Part shown: positions 32,142-42,800 of the stretch, piece by piece
Numbering within the stretch: position 1 is the stretch's first letter
How the letters are laid out: each line of letters opens with the position of its first letter
Source: a virus
Direction: 5' to 3' (one strand)
Length of the DNA: 45,518 bases
Virus record (IMG/VR): IMGVR_UViG_3300028586_000006
Span: 1-45,518 of that record
Position numbers and translations under genes: made by a program
Notes under the pieces: generated by a model
What the model was told of the DNA's origin: nothing
Seen by the model: only the letters and a program-made list of their open reading frames with translations
Database searches by the model: none

Positions 32142-32419
32142 CTGAATTAAGTGACACTCTTGCCGAGCGCGGCGCACGTTACGGTTCGTTCGAAGACCAC
32201 GCGGCGATTGCGCAGAACATTCAATTAGCGATGCGCGGCACTGACACTCATCCCACTCGATGGGATTACTTGTCGCCTGATATGGCGCAAGCGCTGACTG
32301 TCATCGCCGATAAGATCGCCCGCATCCTAAACGGAGATCCTACCTACCTCGACAATTGGCACGACATTCAGGGTTATGCCCGGCTCGTCGAGCAGCGTCT
32401 GGAGAAGAGAAATGCCTGA
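32138..32419 (+). CDS. DUF6378-like small helical protein
   Basis: 93 aa. ERGARYGSFEDHAAIAQ...ADKIARILNGDP...D.W.DIQGYARL fits the phage DUF6378 pattern as I remember it. Confidence 0.6.
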   Translation: MTELSDTLAERGARYGSFEDHAAIAQNIQLAMRGTDTHPTRWDYLSPDMAQALTVIADKIARILNGDPTYLDNWHDIQGYARLVEQRLEKRNA

Positions 32420-32573
32420 ACTGACGAGACCTCCAAAGACGCCGCGAGAGTGGCTGGAAAATGTGCGCTCGCGCGGCGGCATCGACGCCGAGTGGGCGCA
32501 TTCGTTGTTGCGCGGCGCGAAGCTGGATGACCCGCAGGTCGTGGTGCCTGCCCCAACCGGAGATTTGATATGA
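32412..32573 (+). CDS. Possible 53-aa protein
   Basis: ATG at 32412 after GGAGAAGAG. Sequence: MPELTRPPKTPREWLENVRSRGGIDAEWAHSLLRGAKLDDPQVVVPAPTGDLI. The stop overlaps the next ATG (ATGA). Confidence 0.5.
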   Translation: MPELTRPPKTPREWLENVRSRGGIDAEWAHSLLRGAKLDDPQVVVPAPTGDLI

Positions 32574-32830
32574 CGGAGACCGCTGGCGTCGGCCATAATG
32601 GCCTTGCCGCCGATGAGGTGCGTCTGCTTGTAGAGCGGCAGGAACGGCTGATCGAAGAACGTAAGGGGCTGAACGACGATATTCGCGACGTCCGCGCCGA
32701 AGCGAAGTCGCGTGGCTACGACCCGAAGATGATCGACTTTCTGGTGCGCGAGCGCAAGAAGCGGAAGGAGGATCGCGACGAGCAACGCGCGTTGCAGGAA
32801 ACCTATCTCGCTGCGTTGGGGATGCTGTGA
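32570..32830 (+). CDS. GapR-like nucleoid-associated protein (DUF2312/UPF0335)
   Basis: 86 aa. LLVERQERLIEERKGLNDDIRDVRAEAKSRGYDPKMIDFLVRERKKRKEDRDEQRALQETYLAALGM closely follows the DUF2312 consensus (..iERiErLeeEkk.i.dD.kdVyaEAK..GfD.k..r..v..Rk.d...r.E....l..Y..ALGm). Confidence 0.85.
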   Translation: MTETAGVGHNGLAADEVRLLVERQERLIEERKGLNDDIRDVRAEAKSRGYDPKMIDFLVRERKKRKEDRDEQRALQETYLAALGML

Positions 32831-32994
32831 TGACGCGCAAGCAAGCCGTTTCGCATTCGAATATGCGCGGTCGCGGACCGGCGGTAGAGCCGCCGCTCGA
32901 CGTCCAGCGCGTCGAGCCGGAACTGACCGCGCCGTGCTTCTTCTGCGGCGCGCGCGGACCGTGCAAACACGGCAACAAGCACCGGGTTCACTGA
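32830..32994 (+). CDS. Possible 54-aa Cys-containing protein (below the ORF-track cutoff)
   Basis: The ATG overlaps the upstream stop (TGATG). My translation is MTRKQAVSHSNMRGRGPAVEPPLDVQRVEPELTAPCFFCGARGPCKHGNKHRVH. The 3' end overlaps the converging o-spanin gene by 7 nt. Confidence 0.4.
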   Translation: MTRKQAVSHSNMRGRGPAVEPPLDVQRVEPELTAPCFFCGARGPCKHGNKHRVH

Positions 32995-33326
32995 TCGGCG
33001 GGATCGGGCGTGCGCGCTGCCGGGCAATCGAACGGAAGCGCCACGCCCTGCCGGATCAACGACCGGCACAACCGCCCGCCCGCCGCCGACAGGCGCTCGC
33101 CCCACGTCTCCACGGCGACGCTATAGCGTGCCGCCGCCGCATCGCTGGTTAGGATGTCATCGCTTGGCCGCGGCTTTGGCTCCTGCAACTCCTTGACCAG
33201 CGCCGCAGATACGCTTGAAGGCGTCGCTGGTCGCGCCGGTTTGACGCAGCCGGGCGCAACCAAGAGCAACGGTAGCAGGGCTAGGGGCAGCGCTGCGCTG
33301 CGCGGGCGGGACAGCATCGATCGCAT
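32988..33326 (-). CDS. Outer-membrane spanin (o-spanin lipoprotein)
   Basis: 112 aa. The signal and lipobox read ...ALPLALLPLLLVAPGC. It is Pro-rich. It starts inside the 3' part of the i-spanin gene and extends beyond it (overlapped architecture). Confidence 0.75.
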   Translation of the reverse strand: MRSMLSRPRSAALPLALLPLLLVAPGCVKPARPATPSSVSAALVKELQEPKPRPSDDILTSDAAAARYSVAVETWGERLSAAGGRLCRSLIRQGVALPFDCPAARTPDPADQ

Positions 33327-33555
33327 CGGTCAGTTTCTTTCCCATCTTCTCGACAGCGGTATCGTCTACCAGCCGCTCGACAGCCTCGGTTTCCAGATCC
33401 TGGTTGCGGCGCTCGACGCGTTCGATCGTCGCGTTGGCGTCCTTCAGTTGTGCCTTATATTCGTCGCGCGATGCCGCGGCGTCGGTCCACATGAGATAGA
33501 GGAACGCGATCGCCAGCACCACGCCGACAGGCAGGATGATGCGCAGGTACGTCAC
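33157..33555 (-). CDS. Inner-membrane spanin (i-spanin)
   Basis: 132 aa. An N-terminal TM helix ILPVGVVLAIAFLYLMW is followed by coiled-coil-like charged sequence. The GTG start overlaps the holin stop (GTGA). Confidence 0.75.
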   Translation of the reverse strand: MTYLRIILPVGVVLAIAFLYLMWTDAAASRDEYKAQLKDANATIERVERRNQDLETEAVERLVDDTAVEKMGKKLTDAIDAVPPAQRSAAPSPATVALGCARLRQTGATSDAFKRICGAGQGVAGAKAAAKR

Positions 33556-33887
33556 CGACGCTCACCCGTCGGCGCGCTGTCGAGTAGCGCAGGATCGGGC
33601 GGCGGGCCTGCCGGTGGCGCGACCGGCACAGCACCCGTCTGCTCGGTCACCTTGGCATTCGCTACGCCCTGGTCCTTCAGCCGGATCGCGCCGGCGGTCG
33701 CACCGATGCACGCTGCCAGTCCCGCGGGGAAGGCGAGGCTGAACTCGGTGACCGACACGTTCTTGATCGTTCCGGCAGCGACGAACGCCGGCACCGACAC
33801 CGCATAGATCGTGGTGCCGAGCGCGCCAAGGACGCGCTGCACCTCGTACTCGCCGCCGATGCCGCGCAGCATGTTGAGGATGCTCAT
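33552..33887 (-). CDS. Holin candidate (two transmembrane helices)
   Basis: 111 aa from ATG 33887 (ATGA overlap with the endolysin stop). The TM segments are VLGALGTTIYAVSVPAFVAAG and FSLAFPAGLAACIGATAGAI. The tail is hydrophilic and Pro-rich. Confidence 0.65.
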   Translation of the reverse strand: MSILNMLRGIGGEYEVQRVLGALGTTIYAVSVPAFVAAGTIKNVSVTEFSLAFPAGLAACIGATAGAIRLKDQGVANAKVTEQTGAVPVAPPAGPPPDPALLDSAPTGERR

Positions 33888-34429
33888 AGCCCCACCCGGT
33901 TCGCCAGCCAGCCGAACAGGAAATCTTCGTTCGGCGCCCGCCGGCGCGCAAGATCGAGATAGCGCGCACCTTGCGAGCAGTTGAGCCCTTTCAGCACGGC
34001 GTCCTCGGCCGCGAGCCGACCGCGCGCCGCGATCAATCGGCCGAGCGCGCCGACAGTCGCCGGCCCGATCTTGCCGTCTTCGGCGATGTCGGCATAGTCC
34101 TTGCCCTGTCGGTTCAGTCCGTTCAGCCATTGCTGAAGCCATACCGCAGGAACGCCGACGCCCATATTGACGCCGGTGTCGAACAGCTCTTCCGCGATCG
34201 GCGGGCTAATCTCATGGATCTTCGCGAAGCCGGGCCTCACGAAATACTGATCGGTGTAGATACGCTTCGCTTCGTCGCGCGACAGGTTGCGCATCGAACC
34301 ATTATAGCCGTTCAGGCTCGCCACCTCGGCGGTGATCCCCCACATGGTTTCGCCGCCGCGGTCTGACGGATGGTTGCTGTAGCCGCCTTCCTTGCCGATC
34401 GTCGCGTCGATGATGCTGCTGATGCTCAC
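33884..34429 (-). CDS. Endolysin, GH108 lysozyme domain plus PG_binding_3 domain
   Basis: 181 aa from GTG 34429 (GGAGG upstream; GTGA overlap). IGKEGGYSNHPSDRGGETMWGIT is the GH108 signature. The C-terminal part DGKIGPATVGAL...LARRRAPNEDFLFGWLANR is PG_binding_3-like. The 168-aa upstream extension of the track ORF is Arg-rich and was rejected. Confidence 0.9.
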   Translation of the reverse strand: MSISSIIDATIGKEGGYSNHPSDRGGETMWGITAEVASLNGYNGSMRNLSRDEAKRIYTDQYFVRPGFAKIHEISPPIAEELFDTGVNMGVGVPAVWLQQWLNGLNRQGKDYADIAEDGKIGPATVGALGRLIAARGRLAAEDAVLKGLNCSQGARYLDLARRRAPNEDFLFGWLANRVGL

Positions 34430-34836
34430 GGCTTGCCTCCGATTGTGCCTTCGACCTTGCCGGCATGCGGATCGATCTTCGCATCGATGCGCGCCGGCGG
34501 GGCAGGGATGAAGCCGGATGCACGCCCGGCGAGATAGATGGCGCTGAATACGCTGGCGACGGCAACGAGAAACGCGATCACCTTTGGTAGCGCCGCAACC
34601 GCGTTCATCATGCCGGTGCGACGTTGAAGATCCGCTTCGAGCGTTGCGATACGGCCAGCCATTGCCGCCACCGCTTCGTGTGTCCGCTGTTCCTCGATGC
34701 GTGCCAGGCGTTCCAGCATCTTCGTCTGCGTGTCGGTCATCATCCGCACGCTCTCGGCAAGCTGCCTGATGACGTCGAACTGAAACCGAACGTCGTCCGG
34801 TCCCTGCTGTAGCATCCGCGCTATAGGGTCGGTCAT
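34426..34836 (-). CDS. Membrane-anchored coiled-coil protein (holin/antiholin or lysis regulator candidate)
   Basis: 136 aa. About 75 aa of helical N-terminus are followed by the TM helix LPKVIAFLVAVASVFSAIYLAG. It sits between the tailspike and the endolysin, in the T7 gp17.5 position. Confidence 0.7.
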   Translation of the reverse strand: MTDPIARMLQQGPDDVRFQFDVIRQLAESVRMMTDTQTKMLERLARIEEQRTHEAVAAMAGRIATLEADLQRRTGMMNAVAALPKVIAFLVAVASVFSAIYLAGRASGFIPAPPARIDAKIDPHAGKVEGTIGGKP

Positions 34837-36878
34837 CAGATCGTCCAGGTGAGTGTTTGCAGACGAACGCCCTTCGTGCCTGTCGCGCTGAACGGCGCGC
34901 CTGACACATCCTTGAAAAGCGAGATCGTGCCATCAGTCATAATCGTCGCCGAACCCATCTGGATACCACCCGCGGCGTCCTGAACAATGCACGGCACAGT
35001 CTTCGACGCGGCCGGCCATACGGCTTGGGGCAACCCGATGATCGTAGCCGTGGTCGCGTTGCTGGTGCCGGTCAGCGGCGGAACATCCATCGACACCTGC
35101 TTGCCCTGCTTGATATAGCGGGCACTCCCCACCGGCGGAGCGGTAACGCCGTTTAGCTGGATCTGCGCGGTGATCTCGTCCTGCCCTGCGAACTTGCGAA
35201 GATCGATCGACCCTCGGGTTTCGTCAAGCAACACCACGCCCGAGTTGACGTTGTTCGCGTGATACGACAGGCCGACCGGCCACAGCACGTCGGTTCCTGT
35301 ACCTGTGGGCAGGAACCGGCTGTTCGCAATCGCACCGGCGTGGACAACGATCGGGGCGCCTGTCGAGTCGACTGCGCTGACGTAGATATGTTGGTCGGGA
35401 TTGCCGCCTGACCCGCCGGCGCCGTTGTTGTAGAACGTCACCGCGTTGATATCGAAGCCCGCCATGTACGGCATATCGCAGAAGATCGTCGCCTTTCGGC
35501 GGATGATGCCGCCGATCGCCGCCGACGCGCCGGCGGCGAGCAGCCGCGCGTTGTTTTCGAACGTGCTGCCACGCAGGCTGAACCCCTGGATACCGAACCC
35601 GCCGGTGAAGCGGATCGCTTCGTACCCGCTATCTTCGACGCTGATATTGTCGAGCGTCCAGCCGGTAGCGAGATCAACGAAATCGTGCTTGAAAAAGACG
35701 CCGTTGCGGCCGTTGCCTTTGAAAATATTCCTGTTGTTGAACTGCCACTGATTGACGTTGCCGATCGTCTCGATATGGAGACCGTCGCGCTGACAACCGG
35801 TGAAATTGCAACCGTCGAACACGTTCCAGATCGAACGGCTATAGCATGCTACGCCGTCACGACCCTGAAAAAACCAGACGTTACGAAAGTGATGGCTGTC
35901 GTTCTGCCACTGCCCGCCATCACCGATGCCGTTGAGCTTCAGCAAATCGCATGCGCCGTAAGTACCCGGCGCGCGGTTCTCCAGCCAGAGATCCTCGAGC
36001 TCAAACCCGACGATATGATTTGTCTGCGCCGTCGGCGTCGCGCTGCCGAGCGTAAAGATCGGGGAATTATCGACGTTCTCGAAATAGGTGAGCTGCTTGC
36101 CCTCCCCGCGGATTGATATGCCGTTACCGCCTTCGATGTTCACCTTCGAGCGGTAGCGTCCTTTACGCGCGACGATGCCCCGCCCGGTGCCGATCGCCGC
36201 TACGATATACGGCGTCAGGTCGGTGGTGTTCGTGCCGGCCTCAACACCGGCCCACAAGTTGCGCGGGATCTTGTCGTAAAGGTTCAGCGGCTGCCGCCGT
36301 ACGACATCACGGAACGTGTTAACTGTGCTGCCGGGTGCCTGCTCTTCGGCGCGGTAGACGATCAGCGAACCGCCGAGCGTCGGATCAGCCAGGTCAGAAC
36401 GCAGCGCCCCATCAGCGCCGGTGCCGGTCAGCGCGACCATATCACCGGCTGCGTCGAAGCCGAGCACCCGACCGACGCGCTGCGCGATACCGGGTAGCGA
36501 CGCGCCTGCTTCGCCGAGCGGGGTGCGGATCGAACGCGACACTTCGCCTTTCAGCCAGATGTCGCGGATCGCGGCGCGATCGAGATGCGGGTTGAGCGCA
36601 TCGGGAAAGTAGGGAGCGAAACGCGCGAACTGCGCTGTCTGTTCGAACGATGGCGCGCTGGCGACGTAGACCACGGCGCCAACAGGCAGCGTCGCCGATA
36701 CGGTGCCGGTTCCGTCGCTCTGCAACGATACAGCGTAGGTGCCGACCGGCTGCTCTGCGCCATCCGCGATCAACGTGACCTCGCTGGTGTCGACCGCGAT
36801 GAAGCCAAACGGAAACAGCTGTGCCGCTCCGGTAGCCGTATACGGACCCGAGAACGCTTCGGTGCTGTTTACGCTCAT
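34836..36878 (-). CDS. Tailspike / depolymerase 2 (fibre-type N-terminal anchor plus beta-helix)
   Basis: 680 aa.
- The N-terminus FSGPYTATGAAQLFPFGFIAVDTSEVTLIADG...TVS...Q...F...LDRAAIRDIWLKGEVSRSIR is a common tail-fibre N-domain pattern.
- The central part has repeated ...N..F.GN/G.DG motifs typical of pectate-lyase-fold spikes.
- It sits in the T7 gp17 position. Confidence 0.75.
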   Translation of the reverse strand: MSVNSTEAFSGPYTATGAAQLFPFGFIAVDTSEVTLIADGAEQPVGTYAVSLQSDGTGTVSATLPVGAVVYVASAPSFEQTAQFARFAPYFPDALNPHLDRAAIRDIWLKGEVSRSIRTPLGEAGASLPGIAQRVGRVLGFDAAGDMVALTGTGADGALRSDLADPTLGGSLIVYRAEEQAPGSTVNTFRDVVRRQPLNLYDKIPRNLWAGVEAGTNTTDLTPYIVAAIGTGRGIVARKGRYRSKVNIEGGNGISIRGEGKQLTYFENVDNSPIFTLGSATPTAQTNHIVGFELEDLWLENRAPGTYGACDLLKLNGIGDGGQWQNDSHHFRNVWFFQGRDGVACYSRSIWNVFDGCNFTGCQRDGLHIETIGNVNQWQFNNRNIFKGNGRNGVFFKHDFVDLATGWTLDNISVEDSGYEAIRFTGGFGIQGFSLRGSTFENNARLLAAGASAAIGGIIRRKATIFCDMPYMAGFDINAVTFYNNGAGGSGGNPDQHIYVSAVDSTGAPIVVHAGAIANSRFLPTGTGTDVLWPVGLSYHANNVNSGVVLLDETRGSIDLRKFAGQDEITAQIQLNGVTAPPVGSARYIKQGKQVSMDVPPLTGTSNATTATIIGLPQAVWPAASKTVPCIVQDAAGGIQMGSATIMTDGTISLFKDVSGAPFSATGTKGVRLQTLTWTI

Positions 36879-39800
36879 CGCTTGTCATCCTCGATCTTGC
36901 CGCGGGTCAAGCCGGCGTACCAATCTGCGATCGACTGCGGTTCTACCTCACCCCGTTGATACTGCCAAAGGAATTTGGTCGTCTGCCCCGGCTGCCCGAG
37001 TGGCGTATGCGTCAACGCGCCGACCGCATTCGCAAGACCGGGCACCGCGTCGGGTGTGAAATCCTTCTCGCCTTGCTCGATCTGGTAGAGCCGCGTCGCC
37101 GACTTCGTCATATCTTCAAAGATGCGCGACACCGGCGTGCCGCCGAATGAGGCATATTGACCCGCCATCTTACGTTCTCCGAAGGTGGCCGCGTCGCGCG
37201 CGAACGGGATGCCCGAGAACATACCGAAGCCGACGTTGCGCGCCGCCCACTTGATCGTCGCCTGCGGCATTCCTTCGGGGTCTTCCTTGTCCTCCTTCGG
37301 CCAATCGCCGGATAGAAGCGCGTCGGTCAGCATCTGCGCGACGAGGAAGAAGAACGTCAGGTTCGCCGCGCGCGTCCAATCCTTTCGCTTCACGCCGCGC
37401 GCGGCCTCCCACTGCGCGTTGAACAAGACGTTGAACGGGGTATAGAACATGACGAACAGCTTCTGCGCCTCGCTCGACGGTGCCTGCCATGCTGACAGAT
37501 CCTTGGCACGACCGCCGCCCTGGCTGGTAACGACCATCTGATCGGCGTAGCGCGACGCCTGCTCGTCGGCCATGCCCTCGTTGACCGCCTTCGCGTGCGC
37601 CGTCAGCCACGTCGGGATGCTGACGATGTGCAGATCGATCATGCCGATATGCCACATCGACCAGGCGGTGACGCTGTCCATGTAGCTGTGCCGGCCTGCC
37701 AGCTTGCGGAACGCCGTGTCGACCTCGACGCTGCTCTCGCGCAGGCGCCTCTGCATCTGCTCGCTGCGCGAGAACACGAAGTTGTGGACCTCGCTCTGCT
37801 TGCCGGCTGCCATCGCCGGGATCGCCATAAGCGTCCGGCGCATGTTGTTGACCAGTCGCGGTGTCTGCTTTCCGCCGAGGCGTGCGAGGCTGGCGGTCAG
37901 GCCGCTGACCTGCGCGACGCCGGTCGAGAAGCGCAGCCCCATGCCGACAACGGTGATGCCCTGCCGGGTGTAGCGCAACACCTTTTCCATGAACTTTGCA
38001 CCGTCCATGTTGACGTAGGAGGTGATCTGACGTTGCAGCCACGGCGCGAGCTGGCGCCGGTACTCGCGCCCGAGCTTCAGGTCGATCGCCCCGCGCACCT
38101 GGTCGTTATCCGTCACGCGGATCACGTCGCGCGCATATTCGGCATAGGCGAGCCGGGTGATTACTTTCTCGATATGCTGAAGCAGGATGCGGTCAAGGCT
38201 ATAGGTCATCGGCCCGATCGCCTCGGTGCGGGTGATCGTGTGCCCCTTCGGCGTCCCAAGCCCCGAGCGCTTGCCGAACATGTCGTCGGTCTGCTTGTCG
38301 CTGTTCTTCTCGGCGACGCCGGACCGGTCGGTGTCGTAGACCACCGGCCAATAGCCGCCCGCGAAGATACCGTGCGGCGTCTCGATCGGAAGCGGGGTCA
38401 CCTTCTCGGGCACGACGCCGGTCAGCCCGCGTTCGGTTTCGACAATCGACGGCCACAGCTTCTCGACGCCGTCCCACATTGACTGGACGAACTGCCAGTC
38501 GTCGGCGGTCAGGTGGCGGTTTAGCACGTCGCGCACCGTCAACGCGTTCCAGCGCTCGCCGCGCGTCATCTTCTCGAAGTTCGACGCGTTGCCAGTGTTC
38601 AGCGCGATCGCGAGTAACTCCTTGCGCGTGACCGTGATCGGTTGCCCGAGCCGCGGGTCATCTTCCGACAGCCCGACGTTGAACGTCAACTCCGGTATGG
38701 TGACGAGTTCCTCCAGCCGGCGCTGGTCCTTCGCCGACATATCGGTGTAGCGCTGCGCGAGCGGGATCAGCACCATGTCGCGCAGCCGGGCGCGCTTGTT
38801 CTCGGCATCGGTGGCGCGGTGAACGAGCAAGTTCATCATCGGCCCGTTCTGGTTCTGCACATCCATCTCGAGCGCCAGCGTGCTGATCTTCAAGCCGCCG
38901 GCGGTCCAGTCGCGCAGCGCGTTGCGGCCACGGTCGAGCAGCGGGCGCGACGATGTTTCGTTGAACGTCTTTTTCGGCAGCACGCGATCGGGCAGCTCGC
39001 GCAGGTTAGCGACAATGCCGCGGATCACCTCGGCGAAATCGCGCTCCTTCTGCCCGTCGAGCAGCTTCTGTTTGTGCCGGCCAAGCGCCATCAGGCTGTC
39101 GACGGCATCGCGCAACCCGAAGAGCTCTTCCACCGAGACCCGGCTGTAGTGCTGCGTCGCCGCAGCGAGACGCGGCGGGACGAACACCTCGAAGCCGTCG
39201 GCGGCACGGGCTTCCGCCCATTCGCGGAAGTTCTCCAGTTCGTCGAGCCCCTTCTGCGACGCGGTACGGAACGAATAGCCTTCGAGCAGCGCGTGGACGC
39301 GATCGAAATAATCCTGGTCGACCGACTGCATGGCGGCGCGCTTGGCGAGCTTCCCCATCCGCGACACCACCGTGTCGACTTCGTCGGCAGCGGCTTTCGC
39401 CTCGACGAGCAGCGCGTGGTTCAGCATCTGTGCCTGCTTCTGCCGGAACGCCTCGTCGACGTTGCCTTCGAGGATCGCGGTCTCGGCGAGGCGCGCTGCC
39501 TTCGCCGTCGCACGCGCATAGCGCTGCATCGCCGACCGGCTGGCAACGTCGTTGACGATCCCGGCCTCGATCTTCCGTCGCGCCCATTCACGCGCCAGCT
39601 TGTACGGCGTCGGCTTTGCCTGCGTGCGGCGCGCCAGCGCACGCGCCTCCGACGAGATGACCTCGCCCTGCCGGTCGTTGTTGATGGCGGCGATCGCTTC
39701 TTCCTCGATCGAGCCATCAGACAGCGGGTCACGCGTGCCAGCATCGGTGATCGCTGCGTCGACCGCCTCGTCGATCAGCCGGTCGCGCAGCTGCCGCTTG

Positions 39801-42800
39801 TCGCCGAGCAGCCGCATCGCGCGCGTCTGCGCCTGGATATCGAGCAGCGCGTCGATCATCTCCGATCCGGATGCAAATCCAGTCATTTCGGCGATATCGT
39901 CCACGAACGTCGCGTCCCGCTCACCGATACGGACGTTCGCAGGCAGCCGGCTCTCGATGTCCTCGCCATAGCGCATGACCAGCCACGCGCGGTCGAGCTT
40001 CACCGGCAGCACCTGCTCGCCGATCTTGCCGGTCCGTAGCAGCCGCAGCGCCTTGAACCGCGGTTCGTCGCTGATCGCCGTCTCGGCTTCGTCGCGGATC
40101 GCGCGGGTCTCTTCACGCACACGGCGCTCGCGCTGCTGCTTGATCCGCGCCATCGTGCGGAAGAGCAGCGCGTCGTAGGCGTCGTCCCGCGCCTGCGTCA
40201 CCGTCTTCTGGTAGGCGTCGAACTCGGCGTCGGTCATGCCTGCCTGCGCGGCATCGGTGAACAACGCACGCGCATTCTGCTCGTCGGCGTAGGCGTCGAT
40301 CGCGTCCTGCGTCGCGAGCATCCGGTCCATCACCGAGCGGATCTCGGGATTGATCGGCGAGCGCAGCCGGCTGACGACCTCGTAGATCCGCAGCAGCCAG
40401 CCGCGGAAGGCGGTGAACGCCGACTGAAGCGCGCCGGTCGGCGCCTTGCCTTCCATTGCGTAGCGCTCAAAGCCGCGCGCCCACAGCTCGTGCGCTTCAC
40501 GCGGGATCACGTTGTCGGTCAGCGCAGCGCCGTTATCGGCAAACCACTTCTGCACCACGTCCCAGTCGGCGGCGACGTCGGCCGGCGCTCCTTCGGCGGT
40601 GGCGTTCTTCTGCAACTCTTCGAGGAACAGATGACCCGTTTCGTGGATGAGCGTACTTAGATCTGCGTTCTCGAACAGTGTGATGACACTGCGATCGCCA
40701 TAGAGCGCGATCTGTCCGCGCGGTGCCGAGCTGTCGGTGTTCTGGTTCAGGATGCGTGCACGCCGCGCATTGATAAACGCTGCGCCGTTGGGCGTCACGT
40801 CACCTGTTCCGCTTAGCGCGTCGACAGGATGGCCCGCCCTCGCAAGAGCGTCATATAGCTGCGTAGCGATGCCTTGACGGCGAAACGCCGGACGGACATA
40901 CGCCGAAACTTCAAATGCTTCCTTAGCATCGTCGGTCGTCGGCATCTGCACCGCAGCTTGCGGAGCGCCTTTTTCGTCGCGATAGACAGCGATCGCTAAT
41001 CCGTCTTCTTCGCTCACTGACACACCGGCGGGGCCGGTGCGCGAGACAAACGACAGCACTGATGCCGGACCGAGCCCGTCGTCTCCTGCGCCGCTTTGCG
41101 GTGCATTTGCGGTCACTGGCGACTGATCCATCACCCGCTGCGCGCTGCTCGCATCGTATTCGCCGCGGCGGAACTCGACCGGTTTCGCGCGGTGATAAGA
41201 CAGCGCGTCGGTGCCAAGCCGTTGCCCCCACGCCTCGCGTGACGCAGCATAGACCGCTGCCTGATGCGACGCCGCCTGCGCGGTGAAGCCGGCGTCGACC
41301 AGCTGCTGCCGCACTTCGTCGTAGACCGCAGTCGTCGGTTCGGCTGCCGCGGCTTCCGTCTGCGCCGCCTTCGCGATTTCCTCGCCGCGCTGCTCCAGCG
41401 TGCGCGTCACCTCTTCGCCTTCGCGCACCGCCTCGCGCGCCGACAGCCCGCCGGCGCTAAGGCGCGCGTCGTCCTTCAGCGCTTCCCACGCCGGGGTTCC
41501 CGCCAGTTTCGTTGCGACATCCGCCAGCGGCACCACCACGTCGCCACCCGTCGCCCGCGCCTCGTCAAGCTGGCTGCGCAATCCTTCGAAGAACCCGTCC
41601 GCATCTTCAAATGCCTCCGATTGCATGTAGGTCTCGACCGCTTCCGCCGGCAGATAGACATGCTCGGCGTCGCCGTTCTCGGTCGACTGTTCGACGAACT
41701 TGCGGAAGCTCTCGGGATCGCGCTGCCGCAGCTTCGACGTCTGCGCGGCACCCATGATCTTGCCGAGGCGCGACGCATTGTCGTCGGCCGTCAGCACGCG
41801 CGACACCCGGTCGGCGGTGCGGACACCGGCTTCGATCGCCACGTTCGTCGTTCCGACGGTGGCGGCAACGGCGAGCGCGGTTTGCGCTGCCGCCTCGGGC
41901 CGCGCGCGCAGATAGTCACCGAACGTCTTGCCCTTGTTGACGCCGATCGTCGCCCACTCGTTGAAGTCCTGGAGCGCGGTCGCTGTCTGCTCGCCGACCT
42001 GCTCGGCGACCATGTTCTTCGCCAATCGCTTGAAGAACGGCGTCCCGACCTTCGTGTCTTCGAGGAACTTCAGCACCGGTATGCGCTCGGTCAGTGTCTC
42101 GACGCCGCCCTGCGCCAGCCCGTACGCGCCCGCCTGTAGCGGCGACAGCCCCTCGTCACGCGCCTGCCCGTACGACTGCCCGCCCGCAATCGCGCCGACC
42201 GCGCCGAGCCCCGCCGCAGGTGCTCCCGCCAGCCCGCTGCCGAGCGCGAGCAATGACGTCGGCACGCTTTCGATACCGGCGTACAGCGACCCGGCGACAA
42301 AGCCCTGATCCTTCGGACGGAACCGTGCCTGCATCTCGCGCTGCTGCGACGCCATGTCGCGTAGCAGGTTCGGCGTCCAGCGCGTCGTGCCTTCCGCCGC
42401 CTTCTCGCGCTGTGAGGTGCCGGTCAGCGCGTCGAACGCAGCGTAGAACGGATCGACCTTTTCGCGGATCTCGCCGAGTGCGCGCAACCCTTGCGTCACG
42501 CCTTCGGCGGCGCCGAACAGACCCGACACCAGGCTTCCGCCGACGTTGCTCGCGATGCCCCGCGCGCGCTGCGTCCACGGCTTGGCCGGCTCGGGCTTGT
42601 TCCAGAACGACTGGAACTGGCGGCTGATCGCGGCCATGCTCGCCGTGTCGTCATGCGCGACGGCGGCGGCGCGCGGGTCGGCCATGAACCGCGCGATGTT
42701 CGGGTGCTCGCTCGCCGCCGCCGCGACGCGCCGCTGCCGCGCCATCGCATCGTAGTTGCCGATCTCGTCCTGCGCGACGCCGGCGGGCACGCCCATCTCA

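Noticed and set aside
30855-32177. 440-aa ORF on the - strand, antisense to the SNF2 helicase. Similar long antisense or off-frame ORFs include 12134..13336 (+), 38642..40039 (+), 7386..8486 (+), 2073..3059 (+), 13487..14440 (+), 18188..19195 (-) and 37170..38042 (-).
   Set aside because: They are extremely Arg/Ala/Pro-rich with no recognisable motifs. They lie entirely inside genes that have strong motif support on the other strand or frame. This is typical of stop-codon-poor alternative frames in high-G+C DNA.
34430-34933. N-terminal 168-aa extension of the endolysin ORF (track ORF 33884..34933).
   Set aside because: The extension is Arg-rich and overlaps the well-formed 136-aa membrane-protein gene in another frame. 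A GTG with GGAGG upstream at 34429 gives a canonical GH108 N-terminus.
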